NCBI RefSeq assembly: GCF_009914755.1
Contig: NC_060934.1
DNA: 64,000 nucleotides
Reading direction: 5' to 3' (one strand)
Source of the DNA: the human T2T-CHM13v2.0 reference genome, Homo sapiens
The notes below the pieces were generated by a model that saw only the letters and a program-made list of their open reading frames with translations, searched no databases and had not been told where the DNA came from. Position numbers and translations under genes: made by a program. Numbering within the stretch: the first letter of the stretch is position 1; each line of letters starts with the position of its first letter. Below, piece by piece: positions 1 through 13,309 of the stretch.

Positions 1-215
1 AGAATGCAGACACAAAAAAGTACATAATATATGGTTCTAGTTACACAAATTCATATAAATGGTAGAAGACATGAAGGAGCCTTTGGAATTCTTGAAAGCT
101 ACTACATGTTGGTTTGAGCTATATTTATACAGCTATATACAAAAATAAAAATTCATTAAGCTGTATTCTTCAGGTTTATGCAATTTACTATATGTATTTT
201 ATACCCCTATTAAAA
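1..215 (+). mobile_element. Old L1 (L1MB/MC/ME-type) 3' end fragment
   Basis: aaaattcattaagctgta...tgcaatttactatatgtattttataccc matches the terminal motif of ancient L1M 3' UTRs. Confidence 0.65.
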
Positions 216-219
216 GTAA

Positions 220-865
220 ATAATCAGTAACATTTCTTTATATGAGCAATAACATAATAGAAAATATAATAAATGAAAAAGGCTATTCATAATAGTACCA
301 AAGGTACTATAAATAATCCAGGACTTAAAAGATAATACAAAAGACTTTTAAGGATAAGATTTTTAAATCATAAAAGAACATAAAAAAATTTGAATATGTG
401 GGGAGACATTCCTTACTCTTGGTTGTAATGACTTACTAATATAAAAATATTCATGTTCCCTGAATTTTTTGAAGAAGATAATAAATTTGTTTTACAATTA
501 ACATGGAGAAACAAATATAAACAAATAGTTAAATAAAATATGAAAACAAAAAGCAAAGGAGTGGACTTACATTACGAGCTACTGACATACTACAAACACA
601 TTATAATAAAATTTTTTTACTCGCACAGGAATAGACAAATATAACAGAATAATTAGCCCAGAGACAGATCACTCTTATATATAAAAGTTGTGCTACAAAT
701 CAGTGGAGGAAGAAACAGGTATTTAGTAGATCTTGTGGAAGGAAACTTGCTCACTATATGGAAAAATAAAATAAAACTGATCCTCCACTTAAGATCATAA
801 ACATAGAGAGATATGGGATGAATTAAACACACAAATGTGAAAGGTAAGACTACAAATTAAAACAA
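220..865 (+). mobile_element. Highly decayed L1M ORF2 fragment
   Basis: A-rich, with ORF2-like remnants (ggggagacattcc, tactacaaa, cacaggaatagacaaat, aaatcagtgg, aaatgtgaaaggtaa). Confidence 0.6.
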
Positions 866-903
866 CTATAAGATCTGCGGGAAACAACTATAAGATCTGA
901 GGG
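860..903 (+). repeat. 22-bp tandem duplication
   Basis: aaacaactataagatctg(c/a)ggg twice in tandem. Confidence 0.9.
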
Positions 904-1279
904 GAAAAAAATGACTTGAAGGCATAGAGAATGAATAAACAAGAAAACGCCAGAGAGGAAAAGGAAATAGCATGCAGTGAGCTTTTTTAATTTTTAAATT
1001 ATTTTTTTTAAGTATGAGAGCAAACCACAGTGAGGACTATGTGAGTTGGTTAAAACTTTGACATAAAATACAGAGATTATCTTGCTAGAAAAACCAGAGG
1101 ACAAGGTTCAGTGCAACGACCATAGTAGGAAAATGAGGGGGAAAATTTCAGAAAGTCAAACTCTGAAGAAAGGAAGCCCCAAGTTTTTGGCATACTGATA
1201 CTCTACACAAATCTGTAGCTGATGCTTGAACATATACATGAAGTAGACTTCATACCCTAATTAATGATAAAAGAACTCT

Positions 1280-1588
<309 letters not shown>

Positions 1589-1589
1589 C

Positions 1590-2095
1590 TTGTATAACAT
1601 ATCATTCTCAATGTCCAGGGTACAATTCAAAATTACTTAAAATATGAAGTAACAACATAATGCTGGCCATTCTCAATTGAAAAGATAATCAATGGAGACC
1701 AAACCTCTAATGACTCATATGTTGAATTACTAGAGCATTTTAAATTATTTATTATAAATACATTCAATTATGTAAAGGAAAATATGCTCATGGTGAATGA
1801 AAAGACAAAGAAACAAAACCTATAGAAAGAAATTGATGGAAATTCTAGAATTAAAAATACAGTATCTGAAATAAAAATTTCACCACCTAGCTTAACATTA
1901 GAATGCAAATGACAGAGAAAAGAGAAGATAGGTAAGTAGAAATTATTTGATCTGAAGATGAGAAAAAAAATAGGGGGAAAAGGGAACAGGGCTTTCAGAA
2001 CCTGTAGGACGATAGCAAATGGTCTCATAGATGTATATTTGAAGTCCCAGAGGAGATAATAGAAAGAATGACACAGAAAAAAAAAAGCTTAAAGA
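1590..2095 (+). mobile_element. Decayed L1M ORF1-region fragment
   Basis: gaaattctagaattaaaaatacagtatctgaaataaaaatt...gaacctgtaggac...gaagtcccagaggaga typical of L1M ORF1 relics; probably continues upstream of the Alu (~1080-1279). Confidence 0.75.
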
Positions 2096-4369
2096 AAAAG
2101 TTTATACATAATATTGGAAGGTATCTTTGTATCTTAAACTAAACCCCCAAAACACAAACCATAGGTGAAAATTGCATACAAACACTGCCTTGAAAATATC
2201 ACATGCAGAAGCATTTGCATTAAATACATTCATGGAAATGAATGCACCTAGAAATTACTGATTTATTCCTCATAAATGTGTAGAATGAGAACAAGTTGAC
2301 TGGGGAAAGTATAATCTATTTTTGCTATTTTTTCACTTATACATAAATCCTAATTAAGTCAACCATAAGACACTTATGTAGAGTGGCTTACCTGAATTGC
2401 TTTATACATATACCAACCCTCTGCATCATCACCTTTGGAAAATGGGATAACTTTTCAGAACTTTCATCCAACTCATATGAAGAGGAAAGGAAATAATTAG
2501 AGGGCCCAGCAGAGATTGGGGTAAATTTAAGAAAGGCGTTCCTGCCCTTCCTTGCTTCTGAGTCATCCTTGGGATAGATAGCTAAGCCAAGCAGGGATTC
2601 AGATACTAGGCATCAGGTAGTTGGGCTCCAGAATATTCCCAAATGGACTTCCAAACCAAAGGTGTTCTGAAAGCCAAGATGTAACTCTGGGATCTACACT
2701 GGAAAGTTCTGGCCAATTTTTCTTCCTTTCTGGAGTACTCTGTTGGTCTCAGAGGCAATTGCCTGGGCAAAATAAGCTCTTAAATGGTCTTAAATGTTAA
2801 TGAGGCCTCTCACCAAAAGAATCAAACACAGTACCAGATTGGTGAGACTAGGGACTGCCTAACGTAAAAGCAGATACTTGTCTTAATTCATCACCTACTT
2901 TCTCTTTCCACAATACTTCCCTCCCTTTGGCCTATGTATTTCCTTCTACCAGAAAACCAGTGCTCTAAGACTGTTCCCAAATGCTCAGTCCTTCTAATTG
3001 AGTTAGCCTTTTTATATTCTCTCTGGCATAGCCCAGTGTTTTTTTTTTCCTTAATTTTCCCCAAAATTAGAGCTCACTATCCTCTGCCTCAGCCACTTAG
3101 GGTTCTGCTCATTACTAGCTAACAGAAGAGAATGAAAGTAAGAACAACTAAATAAGAAATGGCAAAGTGTGAAAACCTTCCCAGGTGTTTACATTGCGGC
3201 TCAGGGGTTCTGAGTCTCAACCCAAATGAATGAATCACTAGAACACTTATCTTACTCTAGAATGATTTATAGAAGAGCTGGTTTTAGAGAGAGCCTTGGA
3301 CGGGAGACAGTTCAGTGGTCAGAGCTCTGAGGCTCTTACTAGCACTTTAGAAGCAGCTACTCTACTTTTTCTTTCTTTTATATTGGGTTTCTGAATAAAA
3401 CTGAAGAAAGAAAAAATGTTCTACTCTTTTAAGTTTTAAAAAGAACAGAAACAAAGAAAAATCAGTGAAGTAGAGGGCTGTGGGTAGGAACTTCCTGACC
3501 ATCCCTGGAGAATCTCTGAAGACATGAGCCCTAATGATGCCTCATTCTACATCAGAAAATCTGCATTTGTAGGCTGTCCCAGGCCAGTGAGGGTAAAGAG
3601 ATGCGTCATGAGGGTAGAGGGAAGCATTACTTTACACTGCATCAACCGCAATATTTTTATTTTTGAAAGTCATTCTGCGCAGTCATTAAATAGCCTTGCA
3701 AATGTAAATCTTCCATACACACACACACCCCACATACACACACAACCCAAATCGTCATCTCTACTGCCAGTGTTGATCACTAACATTGTTCCTCAGAGGT
3801 ATTGTAGAATTGCCATTATGACAGAATGGGTTCTTCTTTTTACTTTAAAACCTCTCTATCTGCTTACTTGCTAGAACCCCCTGCAGTGAACAAAGAAAAC
3901 CTTGCAAAGGTTTATAGACACAGGTTGGATTCCCTAAGCAAAGAACACTGCAGGATGCTTTTACATGTAATGAGAACTCCCCAAATCCATAGTCTTAGAG
4001 GCATCCAGGTATCTAAATTACTGATGCATTAAATTCACTTAGGTAATATAATAGTAAATAAAATAGCCTTTAACACAAGCATTATTGGCCAGTTCCTAGG
4101 AGGTTTTGCAAGTTGAAATGTGTCTTCATAACCAAATTCCTTTGGTTTTCCTTTGTATCATTTCAACCTTGCATGCATAAATTAAGAATTAAAACTTGTT
4201 TAATAAACATTTAATGCAGGATATTTGTCATCAGAAGAAATGTTTGTTATTATACAAAGGCTTCTGTATCAAGACAGAACAGTAGCCAGAAATATTGTTT
4301 TAATTTCTTCAAATGTTTTAATCCAAGCAGTCTATGGGCAGAAGTAATACTGAGTCTAGCTCAGCTGAA

Positions 4370-4484
4370 AGATAGAAAGAAAAAAAGGAGGAAAGAAGGA
4401 AGAAAGGAAAGGAGGAAGGGAAGGAGAAAGGGAAGAAAGGAGAAAGATAGGGAGAGATGAAGGGAGGAAAGGAAAACAAGAAGG
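4370..4484 (+). repeat. GA-rich low-complexity purine tract
   Basis: Near-pure A/G run (GGAA/GAAA-like). Confidence 0.9.
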
Positions 4485-5157
4485 CTATCCATATTAGATT
4501 CCAGTTCTAAACCAGCACTTTACTTTCAGTATTTTCAAATTCCCTACTGAAGAGTTCAGTAGAGGATAATTGCAATATTGGAATCACTAAATCAACTTAA
4601 GTTCAATTAATGATCTGTAAACTTTGAAAGTGTTGGTTTTAGTGATTCTGTAGCATTCATGATTTCAAATGAATACATTTGAGATTATGAGAACTACTGT
4701 CTTGAAATGGAGGCAAAGGGAGACGGAGAACAGCCATGGTCACACTACATTATTATCCAATTGTGCTTAATGGAGAGTTCATAGTGAATGGGAATGATAA
4801 GAATTCTTGTTTCAGCCTATACTAATGTTTTGCTTTGCTTAAAAAGTTACTAACACATTGATTAAATACTCACTTTAGTATCAGAGTTATGGAAAATAAT
4901 TATGATCTACTGAAGTCAGTGAAAAGAAACAAAGTTTAAACAATCATATCACCGGGTTTTAAATTTCTCGTCCTTAGAGATTACTTTTTCAGTAATAAAG
5001 TATGTTTAAATCTAATTAATAAATAATAAACTAGATAGTCATATCTTCTGCCCCTCATATCTCTTCCTCCTTCTTTTTCACCATTTTTTTTTCAATTAGT
5101 GGCATGGCCAGCTATAAACATATAATTAGTCTCTGGTAACGTTGACTACTCATAGTT

Positions 5158-5402
5158 TGGGAGGCAGTAAATTGGTTTAGGGCCAACACTGACAAGTCAC
5201 ACAGTCCTGGACTCCCATCCAGTGTCCACCACTTACTAGCTTTGATGTCTTCAGAAAGTAACAGTGCTAAATTCAAGGTACTCTTACTTGTGAGATGGAA
5301 ATTGCAAAGTTTACTCCCACATGTTTGATAGGATAATCAAATTAAATAATATATGGAACACCTTAGTAAAGTATCTGGCACATGGTAAGTACTCAACATA
5401 AG
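5158..5402 (+). mobile_element. MIR SINE
   Basis: ccaccacttactagct core and 3' end tctggcacatggtaagtactcaa. Confidence 0.8.
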
Positions 5403-5489
5403 GAAATAGTTGAGGTTATTTTTAATTTTTTTATTGCATATAGGCATGATCTATCAATGGACATAATCTGAAATATAAGCACATTTTTA

Positions 5490-5790
5490 TAACTTAGAAA
5501 TTATATATTCTAAGCACCCACATTCTGGAGATATAGGATAAATCTCAAGTAGATTTCCAGAGACAGGAGTAATTTCTCCAATGTCAAATGCTTGCTGGTG
5601 GCAGCATGGGTGGTAGAACGCGATTCAGCTGTTTCTCTGCCCCAGGCTTCTTCTATAACACTGTGTTTGCCTCATATACATCCATCAAACATCCATTGAG
5701 TATTTTCATAGGCCAGACAGTGCATTACACACCAAAAATCCCTACATGAATAAGATATGGTACCTGCCTGGGGAAGCTGACAGTTTAGAA
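5490..5790 (-). mobile_element. MIR fragment followed by L2 3' fragment
   Basis: Reverse MIR core (~5490-5673), then catccatcaaacatccattgag...atgaataagatatggtacctgcc (reverse L2 tail). Confidence 0.6.
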
Positions 5791-5807
5791 TCCCCACTAC
5801 GTACTAA

Positions 5808-5882
5808 TTCCTATTTCTACCAGTAGCTTCCTATTTCTATTTCTATTTCTACCAGTAGCTTCCTATTTCTACCAGTAGCTTC
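5808..5882 (+). repeat. 20-bp minisatellite, 3 copies
   Basis: ttcctatttctaccagtagc x3; the middle copy carries 2 extra tttcta hexamers. Confidence 0.95.
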
Positions 5883-6674
5883 ATTAAAGTAGAAGAATGG
5901 CAGCTCTTAATTCTTCATACAGCTCTTCTGAAAGGAGATTTTTCAGTTCCAGCAAACAACAAAGTCTATAATGAGTCTCTGGGTTCTGGTAAAATAGTCG
6001 CTGAGTTCTGTAACATGGAAAGCCTAGTGTAATGCTGGCCAAGTCACTTGCCTGGTGTGATTTGCCCTTTATCAGCTTCTTTCATTCTCAGCCATTCAAA
6101 GTGATACTTAGAAAGAGCAAGAGTTATTCCTTTAATTTGCCAATTTTTATGACCATGGGTAAAAAAGTCAATTAGATGCTGTTAAATTGTAAAAGTACAT
6201 TGTTGTTTAAAGCATAGAAATAAATCATGTGTTCAGACACAGCTGAGGAAGAAGTAGGGTTTATGATAAGATGCTCTAGAATGGCAGCCACATAGAATGG
6301 ATGATGGCCCCAAATATAACACAATTTTTAAGATACACCCAGAGGCAGGGATAGTTCCAGCTCTCTCCTGTATCTCCCCATATTTTCTCTTCCACTCAAG
6401 AAAAAGTATTACACCTGAGTGAAAGCAATGATATTTACAGAGATGTAAGAGGCTCTGCTTTAGCTTATAACAAAAGAGAAGTCCTATCTACTTTGGTACA
6501 ATAAATATTTCTCATTAACAGATTTTTTGTGACATACTTTATAGGACACACAAGCATGTAGTAATGCCAAGGTATGGAGCTTAGAAAAATATTCACTCTT
6601 TCTTCTAATCATGCTGCCAGACACACAACCTGGTCATCAATGGCTTCAGGCTGTGTTCAACTTACAGTGAGCAC

Positions 6675-6735
<61 letters not shown>

Positions 6736-6752
6736 GTATATGTATATGTATA
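6675..6752 (+). repeat. (TATATG)n hexanucleotide microsatellite
   Basis: About 13 near-perfect units with one interruption. Confidence 0.97.
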
Positions 6753-7141
6753 GTAAGCATTATGGGTACAGCATGCAGAGGGCCCTTGGGAGAATGCACC
6801 AATGGCAATGGAGTCAGCACCATACTAGGTGCATATATCTCTCTCACTGGATGGGTGCTAATAAACAGCTATTCTTTCCCCTCTTTTTGAATGATCTAGT
6901 CTTGGTTTGAGCTGTGTTTTCTCTAAGTTGCTCCCTTCTATTAAATTCACAATTTTGGCTGTATCTGTTTGTCCAACTAAAAGCGTAAGTAAATACTTAA
7001 ATATTTGATAGTTTTCTTTAACCTGGTTCACAATGTCTTACACATTTTATCCAAAGAAATAAAGCCAGTGAAATTAAGGTTTTATTTGTCTTCTAAGTCT
7101 TTTCTAGTTCATACTAAAATATTATTAAAATCTAAAATGTC

Positions 7142-9210
7142 AGAAGGCCTAGCCAGAGCAATCAAGCAAAAAAATAAATAAATAAAAGGCATCGAAATTA
7201 GAAAAGAGAAAGTCAAATTATCTCTGCTTGCTGATAACATGATCTTATACCTAGAAAACCCTAAAGACTCCTCCAAAAGACTCACAGACTTGATAAATGA
7301 CTTCAGTGAATTTTTGGGTAATAAAATCTATGTATGAAAATTAGCAGCATTTCTATACACCAATAATATTCAAGCTGAGAACCAAATCAAGAACTCAATC
7401 CCATTTATGCTACACACACACACACACACACAAATTACCTAGGAAAACATTTAACCAAGGATATGAAAGCTCTCTCCAAGGAGAACTACAAAACACTGAT
7501 GAAAGATATCATAGACAACACAAGCAAATGGAAAAATATCCCAAGCTCATGGATTGGCAGAATTAATCTTGTTAAAATGACCATACTGCCTAAAGCAATA
7601 TACACATTCAATGCAATTCCTATCATATTCCCAAGGTCTTTTTTCACAGAATTAGGAAAAAACCTATTCTAAAATTCATATGGAACTGAAAAAGAGCCAG
7701 AATAGCCAAAGCAATCCTAGGCAGAAAGAACTAGGCTGGAGGCACCATGTTACCTGACTTCAAATTATACTACAAGCTACAAGGCTATAGTAACCAAAAG
7801 AGCATGGTATTAGTTGAAAAAAAAAAAAAGACACATAGACACATAGACCAATGGAACAGAATAGAGAACCAGTAAATAAAGCCACATAGCTACCACAAAC
7901 TGATCTTCAACAATGTTGACAAAAATATACATTGGGGAAAAGATACCTTTTCAATACACGGTGCTGGGAAAATTGGATAGCCACATGCAGAGGAATGAAC
8001 CTGGACCCTATCCTTTACTATATACAAAAATTAACTCAATATGGATTAGAGACTTAAATGTAAAACCTGAAACTATAAAAATCCTAGAAGAAAACCTAGG
8101 GAGAATTCTTCAGGACATTGGCCTAGGCAATGAATTTATGACTAAGATCTAAAAACAAATGCAACAAAAACAAAAATAGATGGTACTTAAAAAAAAAAAG
8201 CTTTCACACAGCAAAAGAAATAATCAACAGAGTAAACAGACAACCTAAAGAATGGGAGAAAATATTTGCAAACTATGCATCCAACAAAAGACTAATATCC
8301 AGAATCTACAATGAACTCAAACAACTCAACAAGAAAAAAACCAACTAACCCCATTTAAAAGTGACAGACATTTTTCGAAAAAAGATATACAAGTGGCAAC
8401 AAACATATGAAATAATGCTCAACATTACTAATCATCAGGGAAATGCAAATTGAAATCACAATGAGATACCATCTTATACTAGTCAAAATTGCTATTATTA
8501 AAAAGACAAAAAACAACAGATGTTGAGGATGCAGAGAAACTGGAACACTTACTCACTGTTGGTGGGAATATAAATTAGTACAACTTCTATGGAAAGCAGT
8601 GTGGAGATTTCTCAGAAAGCTAAAACTAGAACTACCATTTGACGCAGCAACCCCACTACTGAGTATCTACCCAAAGGACAAGAAATTATATCAAAAAGAC
8701 ATCTGCATGCATTTTTTATTGCATCACTATTTGCAATAGTGAAATCATGGAAACAACCTAAGTATCCATCAATGGATGATTGGATAAAGAAAATGTGATA
8801 TATATTATATATATATTATATATATAACATAATATATATATAATGGAATATTACACAGCCATAAAAGAGAATGAAATCATGTTTTTTGCAGCAGCATGAA
8901 TGGAGCTGGAGGCCATTATCCTAAGTGAAATAACTCAGGAACAGAAAACTAAATATCACATGTTCTCATTTGTAAGTTGGGAGCTAAGCAATGAGCACAC
9001 ATGAACATACAGAGAGAAATAACAGAGACTGAGGGTCTCCAAAAGGGGGAAACGTGAGTGGAGGGATGTAAGTTGAAAACTTAACCATTGGGTATGATGT
9101 TAATTATTCAGGTGATGGGTACACTAGAAGCCTAAACTCCACCACTATGCAATATATCTACGTAACAAACCTGCACATGTACCCACTGCCTGCATCTATA
9201 AAATAAATGT
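7142..9210 (+). mobile_element. 5'-truncated L1PB-type LINE-1 (3' half of ORF2 plus 3' UTR), non-functional
   Basis: ORFs 7463-7672 ([34 protein letters not shown]) and 7913-8152 ([27 protein letters not shown]) are ORF2p; RT FADD motif decayed to LADN (~7227-7238); L1PB-like 3' UTR; candidate TSD a(a/g)aatgtc at ~7134-7141 and ~9220-9227. Confidence 0.95.
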
Positions 9211-9769
9211 TTTTATTTAAGAATGTCCATTGGTGCATCTCCCTAAAACATCTCATCCACCTTACCCCAGAAATGTGGTTTAGTGCCATAAGGGATATGT
9301 GCCAGTTGGGAAAATAGCACTATGAATTTTTTAAGCCACATTTTAAAAATGCAAGTATAACTGATTTTAGCACATGGAAAAACAATCTGTAAAGCACCGA
9401 TCTAACTCAGTTTGCATGTCCCAAAAGATTACAAAAAGATAGTATTGTCAGACACTTTGCTGAAACAATAATGTTAGGCTAATTTTGCCCAAAATAATCG
9501 GTCTCAGGAATTTGATAGTTATTCACAACAGTGGACAGTTAATAACTTGTGATATCTTTCTCAGAAACCCCAGTCATCTCTTATAATCTATTAACAACAT
9601 AATTAGAGAATATTTTCCAATACATTCTTCAGGGCCTCTTTCCTCTCAAGAAAAAGGACCCTCTTTGTTACCCAAGTCCATCAAGCCCACAGGGGAGATG
9701 TGGAAACAGTAAAAATTTCATGCCCCTTATCATGAGTGCGGTTATGAAGAGACCTCCTGGAAGATGAGT

Positions 9770-10070
9770 CTCTTGTCTCTCAAGCTGCCTACAGTCTAGC
9801 TGATAAGACTGAAGCTAACATATGTGAGATGAGAGAAAGAGAGAAAGAAGTAGAAGATAGTATATAACCAAGGGCTCAATCAGGAGCCAGTGTCATTCAG
9901 CATCCAAGCAAAGAGAGAACAAGGAGAACAGAATCCCTAAGAAAGACTTTATGGAACAAGCAGAACTCAAGCTGACCCCATGATTGGTCACAGTTAGAGA
10001 ACCAAAAAAGAAAAGCATGTCAGAAAAGAAAAAACATTAATGAGGATACGGACGCCAGTGGGAGTGAGCT
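9770..10070 (-). mobile_element. L2 LINE fragments
   Basis: tcttgtctctcaagctgcctacagtctag and agaaagactttatggaa..aactcaagctga resemble the reverse L2 3' region. Confidence 0.5.
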
Positions 10071-12879
10071 GGTGCTTCCTATCCCCTTGCAGGACCAGGC
10101 AGAGGCTGGACTAATTGTTGCTGGGACTGCCAGCCCTGCGTTTGTTAAAATACATCATTGCCGAGATAAAAGCAAAGAGATTTAGCTTTCACAAAATAAA
10201 ACCTTCCAGAAAAACTGAATGCATTCCCTTAGGGTAGAGTAAAGCATGGAGAATTTCAGCTCCAAAAGCAGAAGCTTTGAGTTAGAGATAATAGGGGGAA
10301 CAGAATTGGAAGCCAGGACGTAGCCCTAGGAGGGAGCTCACCACTACGCACAGCAAATACACATTTTCCCCTTTTCTTTGCATTAACATTACATCCGCGC
10401 TCACATTTATTTCCTTGGGGATGGGTATCTGTTTTTCATTAGAACCCCCATTTTATCTTACTTTTTGGTATCCTTTCCCAATTATTAAATTTTATGCCAA
10501 TTGATCTTATTAATAAAAGACCCCAGATTCAAGTAACACTTTTTTCTTGAGTTTGGATAGCTCAAGCCGACTAGGACTAGAGTCAGATCAATCACTTCTG
10601 TGGGCATTCATGAAGAAATCATCAGCGGATATTGTCTGGGAACCCAGTTCATGGTACAGAGACCCTGATACTGTGATTTTCCAAAGATTCTTTTCAAATG
10701 GGCCTTTGTCCTTCAACCTTCAATGCATTTAACACATAATTTTTAGCCACACACGCTGTCCTGTTCACAGGGTGCCAAACATCTGCTTGAAAGAAGAAAA
10801 ATATCAACCCTAAATTGACATTTCCAAATACTCACATGTTTAGATATGTGAAAAGAAAACATTTGGGTTTTGGGGACGGTATTTATCCAAGTGATTTGAC
10901 AATTCATATTGTTCCATCTGAATGTTCCTAGGAAAATGTGGATTCTTATTATTTGTCCATAATTTATTGTTATTTTAGTATTACCACTACATTGAAAAAT
11001 AGCAATTTGGTCTTGAAAATTAACATTAACTTTGTACCACAATCCAAATTTTAAAAAGCTTTTTTTTAAAAAAACAAAGTACCTAATTTGCCTTCTCCTC
11101 CACTGAGTGGTAGAACTACTTAACATCATTAATGTATAAATAGTTTCTCATTTTGGGGGAATAGTCAATTAGCAAGCTTAACTACCCAAGCACATACATA
11201 AAGGACACTATATTAATGCTTTTAATTCTGATAACCTTGACAGAGACCATGACATCAACCTGAGACACACCTTCTTTCTCCATTAAAAACAAATATACTA
11301 CTTTGATTTCAAAAGAAAAATGCAGCATCTCTCAATAAGCTTATGTAAGTAATTTAGTTCGGAGGGGTGGGAAGCTATATTTATAAAGATTTTAACTAAA
11401 TTGAGAATAGGCCCTGGATTCAAATAGAAGAGTAAGGAAAAGAAAATAGGGAAAACAGGACTATTTATTACCACTACCTTTTAGAAAACACCCAACACTC
11501 TTGCACCAAGATACAACACATTTGATGAGCGATCTCATTTCTGCATCATGATGTTTGCAAGGAGAATAGTGTCCAGCATACAGATATCACTCTCAGAGAT
11601 AGTCTGGGGAATTGGTTTTCCTCTTTGGGAAGCCATAAATCTTGTGGCTGTTTATCATGACCTAACAGGACCTCTCTCTGAAGGAATGGCAGGCGCATTC
11701 TGACTAATCTCTGACATCAGCCTGGGCTGGCTGGTAACGTGTGTTTACACAGAACTGTCTGAAAGCTGTGGCATGTGACAAGTGTCACAGCCCTGTCTTC
11801 TTTGGGCAGCCTAATTGACCATTGCTACCTAATACAGTAGGGAAGGGGCCCCGTGCCAGGCCAGGGAGACCTAGATAGGGAAAGGGAAGCAACTGCTTCT
11901 GAGGCCAAGTTTGAAATCAAAGGAAGGCGCGTATGATTAAACAGATCTCCAATGCTTATAATCAAAAATTTGATAAAATAAAAAAGTCTTATAGATTCTA
12001 TTCCAGAGGGATCTTTAAAACCTAAAATGACAACAGGAGGTAGCTAAGATGGATAGAGTGAAATAAAAACTGCACATGGCCTAGGACTCAGGCTGCAAGA
12101 GGAACCAGGAGGAATCAGACCAGAAGAGCATCCTCCTCGGATAAAGAGCACCCAGGAGATAGGAAGAGAGATGGGGCCAGGAGGTGGAGGGAAGCTTCTG
12201 GAACAAACTGTAAAAGTGCATGGAGGGGCCTGCCAATGGTGGCATCAAGGAAAGTGGCTGGAAAATCAATATGGAAAGGAAAAAAATTTTTAAAGAAGTC
12301 TAGTGAAAAATGAAAAACAGCCTCATTAAAACATTTGGAAGTGATTATAAAAACCACCTTGAAATAATCAGTGTTAAACAGCTTCAGAAAAATGTACTGA
12401 GATTTAATTCAGTTAACTCTTTCGGTCCTACACTGATGTCGGCTCTCACAGGCACAACTTTATGCTAAATATACCCTTCTTCTCACTGTACCGGTTTTAA
12501 ATAGGAACCATTGATGCAAAGAGGAAGTGACTCAAACAAAATTCAAAGAGATATGAATTAAAGAAACCATGCAAATTACCTCTGATTTTTTTCTTTAAAT
12601 CATACAAACCAAAAAAGTACCCAAAACAACTCCATCATGATTGTACATAAAAGGAGCAGCTTAAAATAAAATGTTTGTAATCAACCAATGAAGAAACTAT
12701 AATATTAAATCAGACTTTTTTTATTTATTTGTTAAATGACTCAATTTCCTTGGCCAGAAAAGAGGTCACAATGAAAATGAAGCTTGAGAAAAACAGCAAC
12801 CAAGAACCAAGGCACGTGGCCATCCTGGCCCTTCCACTACACCTGGTCCCCTGTCCAGGAGTCACCGGCTGCCCTAAGT

Positions 12880-13030
12880 CAGAACTTCAAGGAGCCTATG
12901 AACATTAGGAATCCTGGGCAGATTCTATGTGTGTTTGTTTATGCTTTTTCTTTCCCTGGGCAAAAGATCTGTTAACCTTTTGCAGCTTCCCAAAAGGAGT
13001 TTATGACTCAAAGAAAGTTTGAAGGTTTGA
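12880..13030 (+). mobile_element. hAT-Charlie MITE (MER103-like)
   Basis: ...gcagcttcccaaaaggagtttatgactcaaagaaagttt resembles the MER103 3' end; related copies at ~24690-24890 (-), ~33450-33565 and ~57485-57600. Confidence 0.5.
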
Positions 13031-13208
13031 AGTCCCTTATTTGAATAAGTGACTGCTTTCACATTGTGATGGTGGTAGGGGCCAGTAGCCCCAAGGACCA
13101 CCCCCTAAGTATTCTATCACCTGTTCCTTTAATGCTAAAAAAATGCCACAATTAGAACTGTATTGCTGTTAGCTCACAACTAAATCCTGTTAAAATGAAA
13201 ATCCTCTA

Positions 13209-13268
13209 CATATATATGTATATATGTATATACATATATGTGTGTGTATATATGTATATGTGTGTATA
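13209..13268 (+). repeat. (TA)/(TG) mixed simple repeat
   Basis: catatatatgtatatatgtatatacatatatgtgtgtgtata... Confidence 0.9.
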
Positions 13269-13309
13269 GACATCCTCCAATAAAAGAAAAAAAAAGCATT
13301 TTGTATAAT

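Noticed and set aside
5808-5882. Short direct repeats (also 860-903, 38360-38399, 41353-41426) as a CRISPR-like array
   Set aside because: Only 2-3 adjacent copies, no unique spacers, no cas genes, eukaryotic context
7142-9210. Reverse-transcriptase-like coding sequence as an active element or novel RT system
   Set aside because: Ordinary 5'-truncated L1 with stops, frameshifts and a broken FADD motif
10547-11129. ORFs 10547-10732 (+) and 10743-11129 (-) as coding exons
   Set aside because: No recognisable domain, weak splice signals, composition of random AT-rich DNA
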